A stretch of DNA of 20,000 bases from Neolecta irregularis DAH-3 (Eukaryota), in the NCBI GenBank assembly GCA_001929475.1, contig LXFE01000243.1, forward strand, positions 48,888 to 68,887, written 5' to 3'. Each line of letters begins with the position of its first letter. Positions within the stretch are counted from its first letter, which is position 1. A program made the position numbers and the translations under genes. Shown here piece after piece: positions 1-10,076 of this stretch. The notes below the pieces were generated by a model that did not search any database, was not told the origin of the DNA, and saw only the letters and a list, made by a program, of their open reading frames with translations.

Positions 1-102
1 ACACAGTCAGTGTCTCAGGATATAAGGGCATTAATGTATACAAGGAAGGAATGCCAAACATATCTTATGTTCTTGGAATATAAGCTAGAAATATATCTTA
101 TA

Positions 103-415
103 GGGTGCGTTTGGTGCGCGCCAAATTTCTTGAAATTTGGCAATTCTTCAAATTACAATTTTAAGCGCGCGTTTGGTGCCCCACTTTCTTGGAATAATTT
201 TTCCGTCTTCCAAAATTCTTCAAAAAAGAAAAGGCCGGTTGCGCGACAAACAGTAAAAAATTGAAAACAGATTTGGTGTGCGCCAAACGTGTTGGGTGGG
301 TTATAAAAATAATTTCATAAATTGTACTTTTATGTGTTACACCAAACGCGCTCTTAAAATTGGAATTTGAAGAATGGCCAAATTTCAAGAAATATGGCGC
401 GCACCAAACGCACCC
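103..415. mobile_element. Non-autonomous MITE, PIF/Harbinger (Tourist-like)
   Basis: 76-bp terminal inverted repeats at 103-178 and 340-415 with 4 mismatches, beginning GGGTGCGTTTGGTG. Flanks are ATA (100-102) and TTA (416-418), an imperfect 3-bp TWA-type TSD. The TTTGGTG/CACCAAA motif recurs internally. No credible coding capacity. Confidence 0.85.
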
Positions 416-989
416 TTAGTTTGTTTTGAGGAATTTACTTTACACTCGATTTTGACTTTGAATACTCTTTCCATTCAGGTAGTAGATATTAGAAATGACT
501 CATGACCATTCATACAATCTTTAAAAAGGCTCTGACATTATAATACAACAGGAACATTCTTTATTTTGTAAGGCTGACATCTTTACACCCTCCACTCAGT
601 GTGTCCATCAATCGATCTGAATGTCCATCAGATTGATGAGGATTGATTACCGTCAGAGCTTTTGGCTTGTTGAAGTTTAAGCTCTTGTCTGAGGCTAATG
701 AATGGCTACCTGAGTTCGATGGCAGAGACTAAAAGAGTGATTTTTTATCACGTGACCTTTTTATAGTGGCTGGCGAACGCACCATAACTTCATTCCGGTT
801 CTCGGCGAATATCGGTCCTTGTTCTCAACCACTCAATTCCAAGTTTAGGTATACCCTACAGATAATGAATACAAGGGGCTCTTTCTTCCTAGGATGGGGT
901 GTGTTGATTCTTGGTATTAATTCTTGGTTGGGTCCCATTCAATTGCATAGCTGGTGGAGGAGCCTACTACTTTGCGAAGCGAGATATCA

Positions 990-1288
990 ATGCCCGAAGA
1001 AGACAACAAGACTCTAGGAGAGTTTCTCCAACTGAATCACTCGAATGTTTGTCCTGCGATTGGAGTATATGTAGCTGATACCCTAGGGTGGCAAGTGACG
1101 GCTTTGGACGAAAAGACTCGGAAAGTATCATTTCTTGATTAACATCACATATTAATCCTTTTCAGGATCCTTCAGGAACTCCTTCGAACGATCTCAGCGA
1201 ATCTGTGGATCCAGCTGCTCCAGGTGAAAGGAAAGCAAAACCGAAGACTGCCGCGGGCAGTAGGACGCCCGGGGATAGGCTAAGTTAG
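990..1288 (+). CDS. Possible small orphan gene or 3' part of a gene (hypothetical)
   Basis: ORF MPEEDNKTLGEF...DEKTRK joins via a 41-nt GT-AG intron (1125-1165, phase 0) to DPSGTPSND...GDRLS* (TAG 1286-1288). No recognisable domain; upstream exons uncertain. Confidence 0.25.
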
Positions 1289-1797
1289 TGAATATTCCGA
1301 CATTTGAATAAAAATATGATGGAACACACTCATAAATCTGGAACAGGAGGTAAATCACACTAACTAAAGTTTTTTAGTAAAATAGGAAAAACTTCAGAAA
1401 ACATGTCACTGAATGGTGTACTCTTTCTCTTAAATTCATCTGGTAAATTCTTTATCCAAGTCCAATCCAAATTATTTCGCATAAATATCACATAACTGCA
1501 TCATTTGAAGCTTTGACTACTACTTCCTACCAAACTATCATTTTTGCATACCTGAAAGAAGGAATTCGCACTTTGCAGATAACCATGACAGAAGGTAAGC
1601 CTTCACGTGTCCCAAATTTAGATTTTACAAGCTCAACAACTAATTGGCGCCAATCCATTTATTTGAAAATCCCTCCATCGTCACGGACAGCGTTCTGATT
1701 TTTGTAAACCTGCTTGTAAAGCAATTCGTTGCAATCTCGCTTTTTATCCGGTACGACAGGCATTATTATAAACGTGTCTGTCGATCAATAACTTGCA

Positions 1798-3292
1798 ATG
1801 TGCTCGCTCAAACATCAACCGGTACCTGAGAAGAAGGTATCGAATCGCAGAAACATCTCTGCAAAGGCAGTTACTAGGTGAGGATTAATTCATCTCTTGA
1901 GGCTAATCAATTAGAATCGTCTTCGTTGCATTAATTCTTGATCTCTTGGCATTCACTCTTATTCTTCCATTGGTACATCTCTACATTTTGTGATCTGTTC
2001 AGAAATTAGTTTCCACGGATGATTGAATACTACCTCGTTCAAGAACTTTCACATCCATCGATACTGAGCGAAATCCTTAAATTTCTAAACTCTCTTAAAC
2101 CCTCTTCTTTACAACACGAGAAATGGGATACGGTGTTACTTGGAGGAGTAGTTGGAAGTCTTTTCTCGTTGCTGCAATGCGTTGCGAGCCCGATCATTGG
2201 GTCATTAAGTGACCGAGGTGGCCGAAGACGAACATTATTACTGACAATGGTAAGCGTTCTCCATGATTCGATAGCGTTGACACCAAGTTTGGGAATATTC
2301 TGAGTTGTTCATTATGGCTGTTTGCATCGAACTTTTATATATTTCTCGCGTCTCGAATCGTCGGTGGCTTAAGTGAAGGAAACGTACAATTAAGTATTGC
2401 AATTATCTCTGATATAACAACATCGGACACGCGTTCTAGAGGCCTTGTTCGTATTTTCCTGACTGTTGTTAATATTTAGGCTATGGTTGGTATAGCCTTT
2501 GCTATTTCGTTCACAATTGGACCAGCTCTTGGAGCATACTTTGCTCACTTTCAAGCTGATTCGTTGCCAACTCCATTTGCCTGCTCAGCGTTGATTGCAC
2601 TCGGTTTGCTGATCATTGAGACGCTTTTCATTGCCTACGCATTACCAGAAACGATGCCAAAGTCCCAAGAAATCAAGCAGCAGACTGCTGTCTCAGAATC
2701 CCAAACTTTAGAGCTCGAGAAGCTTGGATGGATTCATTTCGGTCATCTCTTGTTCTTCTCGGGATTAGAGTTCTCGCTTACGGCATACTCGCTTATTATC
2801 ATATACTAATTCAAACAGTTCCTAACCTTTGACTTGTTTTCTTATACTTCAGCTCAAAATGGAAAGTTACTGGGCTTCATCGGTCTTTTTAGTACTCTCA
2901 TTCAAGGATTTCTGCGCCGCACTGCAATCACAGATAAAACTCTTGTTTATACAGGTCTTTTTTCGTGTTTCTTCTCATTTATCCTTCTTTCGTTGACGAA
3001 ATCCGAGACAACACTCTATCTCTCTGCCTCACTTCTTGCGATCGTTAGTGCAACCGTGGTCAATAATCTAAATAGTCTTGCAAGTAAAATGGCTGATGTT
3101 GAACGACGCGGGAAAGAAATGGGAGGATTTCGGGCTATGGGGCAATTCGGACGAGCGCTTGGGCCAATCTTATGTTGTGGAATTTACTGGAGGATCGGAA
3201 AGGAAGGTGCATATCTTTTGGGTGCAGTGGGTTTGGCATTTGTGATTGCGGGATTATGGACTTTAGATGTGAAAAAGTCCAAGATTCCTTGA
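1798..3292 (+). CDS. MFS transporter, MFSD10/TETRAN (tetracycline-efflux-like) family, about 437 aa
   Basis: Exons 1798-1877, 1915-1972, 2010-2249, 2288-2446, 2480-2782, 2819-3292 splice in frame. Motifs: VFVALILDLLAFTLILPL, GSLSDRGGRR (MFS motif A), SRIVGGLSEGNVQL, FSGLEFSLTFLT. Intron 5 (2783-2818) is GC-AG. Confidence 0.9.
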
Positions 3293-3904
3293 GAAACAGT
3301 ACGTTTTAATTAAGTTGACCGATGTTGTTTTTTAAATTTGGTTATTATTACACCATGAAGTTCTTCAAGTCTGACGAATACTCTTTGATACTTTCTACTA
3401 ATTCCATGATGGCAGATCTTCCATATCATGAAAACAAGGGCTCCTTTTGTTCAAATTTTCAGTTTCTGAGTTCTCTCGTGCTTAATACAGGTTGAGAATG
3501 TTGAAACCTGACTGCTTTGGGGACCCTGGCAGTCAAATACAAATTTTTAATGCTAACCTTTTGCATCTTTTTGGAAAGAATGCTCCTGATGAGCATATTT
3601 TTCTGACAGGTATTGCCATCAACCTTGTCTTACAATTGAAGGACAAATATAAGATAAAAAGACAATTCTAAATAACGAAGTAAGTAGTATTTCGTATAAT
3701 TACCACTGCACCAACATTCAGAGCCATAAAATGATCTAAAAGATTTGCCAGTTCTACAAACATCATGTTATAATGCAGATATACTCGAAAACTTCCCTCG
3801 CTTCGTTTCGTCATAATGACCAAAAACCCCACAAAAACTTACAAATTTGAAAAAAGAGATGGAAAACTATGTCCATTGAAAAACCCCGATGTTTGCCTTA
3901 CCCA

Positions 3905-6900
3905 TCATACCTTCCCAGTCTTGTCCATGTTCATACCAACACCCTTATCCTGACCGGAAATCCGTGCAAGTACAACTTTCATCTTTTCTAGTAATTCAGG
4001 AATACGGTATGGTTTTGTCACAAAATCATCCATTCCAGCAGCGATCATTTTATCGATTTGTTCTTTTCGAGCGTTGGCACTTACCGCGATTGCAGGTACA
4101 TGACCGCAAAGTTCACCTTTTTGTTCCATTTCGCGAATCTTACGGACGCATGTTATTCCATCCATGACCTTTTTGGTCAACTCTAAATAAAGAAAGGACA
4201 AAGTTTTACCGGCATTTCTACGTCAACAAGACAGATATCCAGAGGAAAAGCATCGTCCAGGGCACTACTCCGGAATTTAGACTTTGCGATTTGTTCGAGT
4301 GCCTCTTGGCCATGATTGGCAACGTATGTTGTCCATCCGATTTGATTCAACTGTTTTCGAAGAATCCGCTGATTAATTACATTGTCTTCGACAATCAACA
4401 CGTGTAGGTCTGACAAGTTTAAAAGAGTGAAATTGTAGCTCGATTGATTTAATTGAAATGCATCCACTAATTTTGGCGAAGTTGAGACTACCGGTAATGA
4501 ATTCATCGATTTATCATCTGGGTTTGATCCACGTTGTGCCACGATATAGAAAGCAAAAGTCGATCCTTGACCTTCTACGGAAGATACTGTAATCTCGCCA
4601 CCTTGAAGTTCAACCAATTTCCGGCATATAAAGAGGCCTAAATATTAGGCGTACTGAGATTTCAAATATACCAAGTCCACTACCACCATACTTGACATGA
4701 GTCTTTGGGGTAGCTTGCATAAATCTTTGGAAAAGGATTGCCCGTTCGCCCTCTTTAAGTCCAGACCCTGTATCCGTGACCGAAAAAATTAAATATATCG
4801 GGTTCTCGACTAGTATAGTGCATTGGTTGATCGTCGAATCCGGAAGTGAAGGTCGTTCGGTTGATGCGCTAATGTTGAGTTTGATTAGCCTATGTGGTCT
4901 CTTATCCGTGAATTCTAAATAAATAAGTTCATAAAACTATAAGGAAATTGTACTTATGGCGTTTGTAAACAAATTGATGAGAACCTGATTGAATCGACTA
5001 GGGTCAGCTTTTACCCAACAGATACCTAATTCAGTATAACTTTTGTCAAAATCCAACTCAGATGCGATTTGCTTCGACTGTAATTCTGCCTCAAACATCT
5101 TCAATACCCCTTCCACACATTCCTTTAGCTGGAAATCGACAGGTGTAACTAACAATAAATTTGAATCGACTTTAGATAGCGTCAATATATCATTGGTAAT
5201 TCGTCTCATATGTGTTGTGCAAAGAACTATTGTTTTCATATCTAAAATATTTTCGTTGACTTTCCGAGCGATATCGATTGAAGAGAAAGATTTACGAGAA
5301 GATACCATTTGTAAAAGATTGTGTAGGCTCTCAACGACAAAATCGACCGTCTGTATGATGGCACCGAGAGGATTTCTCATTTCATGGGAAGTCATGTCGA
5401 TAAAATATTCCTGTTGCCGTTTCCGTTCAATTCTTGATGTCAGAAGGAGGCACATGGATGAAATCTTACGCTTCTTCAGCCCTCTTTTGTTGATATTTTT
5501 CTGAGTTTTTTCGTTCAGATACGTTCATTATACAACCGGTAACTCCTATTATTTGACCATGATGGTCATATTCAGGTGCTGAAGAAGCGATTGTCCATCG
5601 TTCTTTACCTTGGTATGGGGTCTTCCAACGATATTCTAGCCTTCTAAATTTTCGTGATTAGTATGCTTTGGAAGAAACGAACTGCTGCTCTCCACGGAAA
5701 CACTTTTCCCAACTTGACTTTACTAGCTTCAAATCATCCGGATGTATGCTGTCCATCCATTCTGTTAATGGCTGGGATTTTGGGTTGCCAGAAATTTCCG
5801 ACCACGCTTGGTTGACGTAAGATAATGCTCCTGATGAATCGGCTATGTATATTCCAGCAGGACAAATCTCTGCCATGCGAGTGAACTTCATTTCTGATTG
5901 CTTCAACTCTTTTGTTGTTTGAGCTAGCTGCCTTTGCAACTCGATGCCATTTTGACGACTGAGTTCAGTAATTTCGTTGACTCTTAGGGATAAGACTGAT
6001 GATTTAGCGGGAAGGGCATACCGTTTGACATCTTCTTCGAAGAGTTGTACTCGACCCATTCCAGTTGCCAGTTGTCGTGACAATAACTCTAGAAAGATTT
6101 GATAAACTTCATCAAAAGGACGTCGAGGATTCAAGCCCATCATCAACATGCCGCTTGGCCGATCGCCTTCATTTGCAAATATTGGGTATATGACAGCTCG
6201 TTGAACCGGAATATCCCACCCTCTCCTACATTGATCCGACCCAGCACAGAATTCCTCAACGTTTTCGAATAAAACATAAGAAATGGATTTGTGTGCGGTG
6301 ATGTAGTATTCTGCAAGAGGGGATGAAGCATCTATAAGATAGGGTATCAAATTATGGTTAGAGGGAAGTCCTATCGATGCACTGAGGACAAAACTGAGTT
6401 GCTGGATTTTATAGATACAGGCGAAAGGGATATCGTAAGGATTGGAAAGCAACGATTCAAGCGCTACCTGATAAAAGTTATCGGCTTCCTGGGCGGTGGC
6501 TAGAGGATCACTAATGGACTCGCACTCGATATACCTGCCATCTGCCCGAGATTTCTCAGTGTTTGAATATGGCGTTCTGCGATTACTCGCTTTGTACTAT
6601 CGAAAGCAGGGTTCAATAGCCCGCCGACTTTTCCGTCTGGATGCAAGACGGGAACAAGGCTCCATGAAAAATAGCATTCTTCGAGGAACCCGTGACGATT
6701 TATGAAGAGGAGATCGTCGTCTTTGGTAGAAGGTTTGGCGTTGTAGAATGCATTTTCCATTGTCTCTTCCATAAGTTGCCAGATCTGCAGGGCTATCAGC
6801 ACTAGACGTCTCGTATGGCTAGGCTACCTCTGGCCAGCCCTCGCGATAGAGCTTCCCTAGAAGGGATGGGTGTTTTTGGGCTGTTAATTCAGTGTATGGC

Positions 6901-7427
6901 TTGTTGTACAGGATGACAAGGTCTTCTCCCCAGTACAAAGCGGTTGGAAAGGGACAGGCGAGGACGAAGCTGCATATTGTTCTGAGGGCAATAGGCCACT
7001 CGCTGGGATCACCTATGGAGGTATTTGCCCAGTCCACGCTTTCCAGCAGCTTTATGTGGTTTTGGAATGCCTGCGACTGCTTATGGAGGTTCACTACGCT
7101 GGGGAACCCTGTGCTCTCCGCGGGTTGGGTTTCGCCAGTGACGATGCTCGAGCCGCGCACCAGCGTCTTTGTCCACCGAATCTGCGAGTGATGAGCAGCG
7201 AATAGCCCTGCAGGCGTGGAATAGTGCACTGGCGACATTTTGTCGAACAGGAAATGTGCAAACGGGTCTGACAGCGCGACCAACGAAAATATGCAGGATG
7301 CGCCCAGATATTCTTTGAACCGCGGGTTCGAATATGCCGTGCGCTTAGTCGTGCCGCACACAACCAGCGCAGGCACCGGAAGTGCATCCAGATATTCGAC
7401 CAGCAGCAGATCGCAAGGCCCGTGCAT
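3905..7427 (-). CDS. Hybrid sensor histidine kinase (PAS-GAF-PAS-HisKA-HATPase-REC), about 1071 aa, resembling fungal group XI HHKs
   Basis: Nine exons (7427-6828, 6784-6535, 6499-6022, 5982-5683, 5643-5470, 5432-4954, 4914-4672, 4637-4210, 4168-3905) total 3216 nt in frame. H-box DMTSHEMRNPL, N-box QVLINLFTNAIKFT, G-boxes DTGSG and GGSGLGL, receiver VEDN...DVEMPVMDG...TKP. Confidence 0.93.
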
Positions 7428-7618
7428 TTGCAGGACTGGCGCTAGAAAAAAGAATTTTTTTATTGCGGCTTAGAAAGGATGGCAGAAGGCAAAAGGGCGA
7501 TTCGGATTTCGGTTTCCTCGGGTTCGGCGCGACCCCGGCGGGTGATTATAGGGTAGGGGCAGCGCCACTCCCAAACCTCGAGGTGCGCCCTTTGATCCAA
7601 ACCATTCCACACAAACGC
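7428..7618. promoter_or_regulatory. Short divergent (bidirectional) promoter region between the histidine kinase and the RnpA-like gene
   Basis: Only 191 bp separate the two head-to-head ATGs. Contains an A/T tract (7445-7462) and a GC-rich core. Confidence 0.5.
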
Positions 7619-8553
7619 ATGAATCCGCCATTTATTCTCAAAGGCATCCCCGCATTCCAGGGCCTCGAGCGTTTTTTTGCAATGCCCTCGAAAATCCGCA
7701 CACCTGCTTTTAGCCTCCGCGTCCGCTTTCGCGACCCCAGCGACAAAAATCCCGTTCGAGTCTTGGTTGTCGCCAGCAAGAAACAGATTTCAAACAGTGC
7801 TGTTGTCAGAAATCGTGTGCGGAGGAGGATAATGGAGGCCGTACGAGTCTCCCTCAGAGAAACAAACCTCTCTTTTGTCTTTGGTGTGCCATCCATCTTC
7901 GTCCCTCTCGTTGACCCGCAAAAGACTCTCCACGTGATCTTTTCTTCATCTCGCTCGTTGAAGTGTATTCCATGGAGTGGACTGCTCTGCTTCACTATGT
8001 CAGAAATGCAATCGTCCAGACGGAGACGCAAAATCCCAACCTCACAAGACGTGTGACGTTGCCTAGCCGTGTAACGTCGCGCAACCAAAAGCCCGTGCCA
8101 AAAGGACAGGAATCTCTGAATAAAAGTCCAGTAAAACACAGATCAGAGTCGATAGACTATGTCATGACAAACTGGGCTAAACCGTTCTCCTCATATTTTT
8201 CCAACAAACCAGAAAAATTTAAACCTCGTTCTCCAGGCGACTTTAATTGTACTAAAAGAGACCGGAATTGTACAAATCCATCTCCGGAGCCACCTCAAAG
8301 ATACGAGAATACGGAAAAACAGATCTCCAGGTCATCACCAGGAAAAGAAAGATCACCACCTAAACAAACAGAGACACTGCAATGGTCCAATTTTTCTCGT
8401 TCAAGTAACACAAGAGATCAAAACGATAGCCATATAAGAAACCTCGACTCACTGTCTCCGCACTGGGAACAGCCTTCCTGGTCATGCAAAGGTCCAGAAA
8501 ATATCATGAACATCCTCAAAAGAGGAACAAGGTCACAAGGAAGAAGAGACTAG
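7619..8553 (+). CDS. Bacterial-type ribonuclease P protein (RnpA-like) domain with long low-complexity C-terminal extension, about 297 aa
   Basis: Exon 1 (7619-7883) encodes RVLVVASKKQISNSAVVRNRVRRRIMEAVR, the RnpA RNR motif (K...AV.RNR..R...E). A 41-nt GT-AG intron (7884-7924) joins it in frame to DSPRDLFFISLVEVYSMEWTALLHYVRNAI, consistent with the final RnpA strand and helix. An S/P/R/K-rich tail follows to TAG at 8551-8553. Confidence 0.8.
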
Positions 8554-8989
8554 ACTTAGCAAGATCTTGTCTCGTTCCCCAATCAAGGGTTGGAAAAATT
8601 GACATCTTGCTCATTATTTATCTACTGGTATAAAAGCGAAATTCTGGCGTTTACCGCCACATCAACCAAACAGCATGTGGGGACTTAATAATGTCCCATG
8701 ATCAGACAGCACCGGCACTCCTCATCGCAAACCACCATGACTCACCCAGCGATTCAAGGCTCACTGACGTCAATGCTGATCAAAACTGTCTGACTGTGGC
8801 AAACAGTACCACCGAGTCAATTCAGGACGGTCACAAGCTTCGCCACTCGAGAGGTATGCAGGGAGGCAAACAGAGATGAGGAAGCGCATGTGCCAGTTCT
8901 TCTATCAAGCCAGGCCAAACCGGAGCAAGAATATACGTAGTTGTCTTTATTTCCTGAATCGCGATCGTATATTCCCAGCGAAGCCTCCT

Positions 8990-9960
8990 GGGAGGCAAGT
9001 CCGGACACCCAACTCTCCCACAGCAGTCTGTTTTTTTGCATGAAATTACCCTCACAACAACATGCAGCAGTATCAAGCGAGATAATTTCAAAACTTTGCT
9101 ACTAGTAACTCGCAAGGAACTCCCAGTGTAAGGATATACCCAATCGGTATACCTAACCAATACAGTAATCAGGCGTTGGTAGAATATGAAGCGGAGTTCG
9201 TAGTGATACCTATCCTGACTCACAACATTTAGACTAGAAATATATCCTGGTCTTATTTGTAATTTCTGGCGATAAGCTTACACCCAGTTCCAGAAATCCC
9301 TCTCTTCACCATGGAATTGCAAAAAACAGTAAAGATGCAAAATATCTATACGTTGGTGTTCGTGATCTGGAAAAGCCAGGTCAATGTCTAATATTTACAC
9401 CGAATATGTTGTGCTTGTCCTTCAAAGACTCTTTCAGCGCGGTTAAGCGGTAGGCCAATTATCCTTTTTTGTGGTTCCGATGAATGTTAAAACGTCCACT
9501 AGAATCTCTATTCTAAAGCACTCAAATTAGGCATTCTGGGATGTAAGCTTTCTCCTACTTATATATCCCATAGTCAAGATCCGAAGCCGAGCTTATTCAC
9601 GCAGAGAATTCCAGGAGTGGAAATACCTGCTCATAACCAAAGACCCGCCGATACCCCGGGAATAAACCAGTCGCAGATGTCGTCGAATTGATATTTGGCG
9701 CAGCTTACCTTAGCGGTGCAGTTGAAGAAGGTTTTCATGTTGCGTAAGTGTTTGGGTTATCAGTGTCTGGTGCTGGTAATTTTGAGTATCTTGGCGAAAC
9801 AGCTGGCATTATATCCTTATGGTAATTTAATCGGATACTTTGTAGTTAACGCGACAAGGAATACGTCAACTAATGTAGGCAAGACTTGAGCTCGGTGATG
9901 ATACTTGAACTCTAGCCATATTTCTCTTTCATAACCCAAACTATTCAAATGCCCAGAAGT
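8990..9960 (+). pseudogene. Dicer-like pseudogene (platform, RNase IIIa and RNase IIIb remnants), LTR-disrupted and internally deleted
   Basis: Collinear fragments: VFLHEITLTTT...FKTLLLVTRKELP[solo LTR]VPEIPLFT (platform-like, 9030-9310); NLYSKALKLGILG (from 9503); NKPVADVVELIFGAAYLSGAVEEGFHVA*VFGL (from 9661, RNase IIIa end with in-frame TAA); NLIGYF (about 9824) and RLE-LGD/ILEL (9882-9912, degenerate RNase III signature with indels). Boundaries approximate. Confidence 0.8.
9127..9282 (+). mobile_element. Solo LTR (156 bp), LTR retrotransposon
   Basis: Termini TGTAAG...CTTACA with a perfect 5-bp TSD CCCAG (9122-9126 and 9283-9287). Similar to 11849-12042 and the fragments at 17590-17970. 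Strand is relative to the family consensus. Confidence 0.88.
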
Positions 9961-10076
9961 AGGCCTACGATATACAAACGTTCCCTATTCTAAAATAAAT
10001 TATTCCTACAAAAAGAAACTTGCCAGCAGCAGGCTTGAAAGTTTTACAAGTGACGTCCATTCTGTCTCTTAGAGGA

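Noticed and set aside
1330-1660. Minus-strand coding-like fragments (MDWRQLVVELVKSK..., with a GTATGC donor)
   Set aside because: The splice options tried lead to stops and no domain is recognisable; possibly a decayed gene but unsupported.
3579-3600. TGCTC-CTGAT-GAGCA hairpin containing CTGATGAG (hammerhead-like core)
   Set aside because: No stem II followed by GAAA and no cleavage-site helix nearby.
7382-7618. N-terminal extension of the 224-aa ORF in the ORF track
   Set aside because: Starts at GTG and overlaps the kinase start on the opposite strand; the first ATG at 7619 fits the RnpA domain boundary.
7546-8139. 197-aa minus-strand ORF (also 5043-5504, 6892-7191 and other antisense ORFs)
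   Set aside because: Antisense shadows of well-supported genes, with no recognisable motifs.
8691-8950. Short ORF MSHDQ... and a possible Dicer helicase N-terminal remnant (FYQAR...KNI.VVVF)
   Set aside because: Similarity is too weak to call by eye; left outside the pseudogene boundaries.
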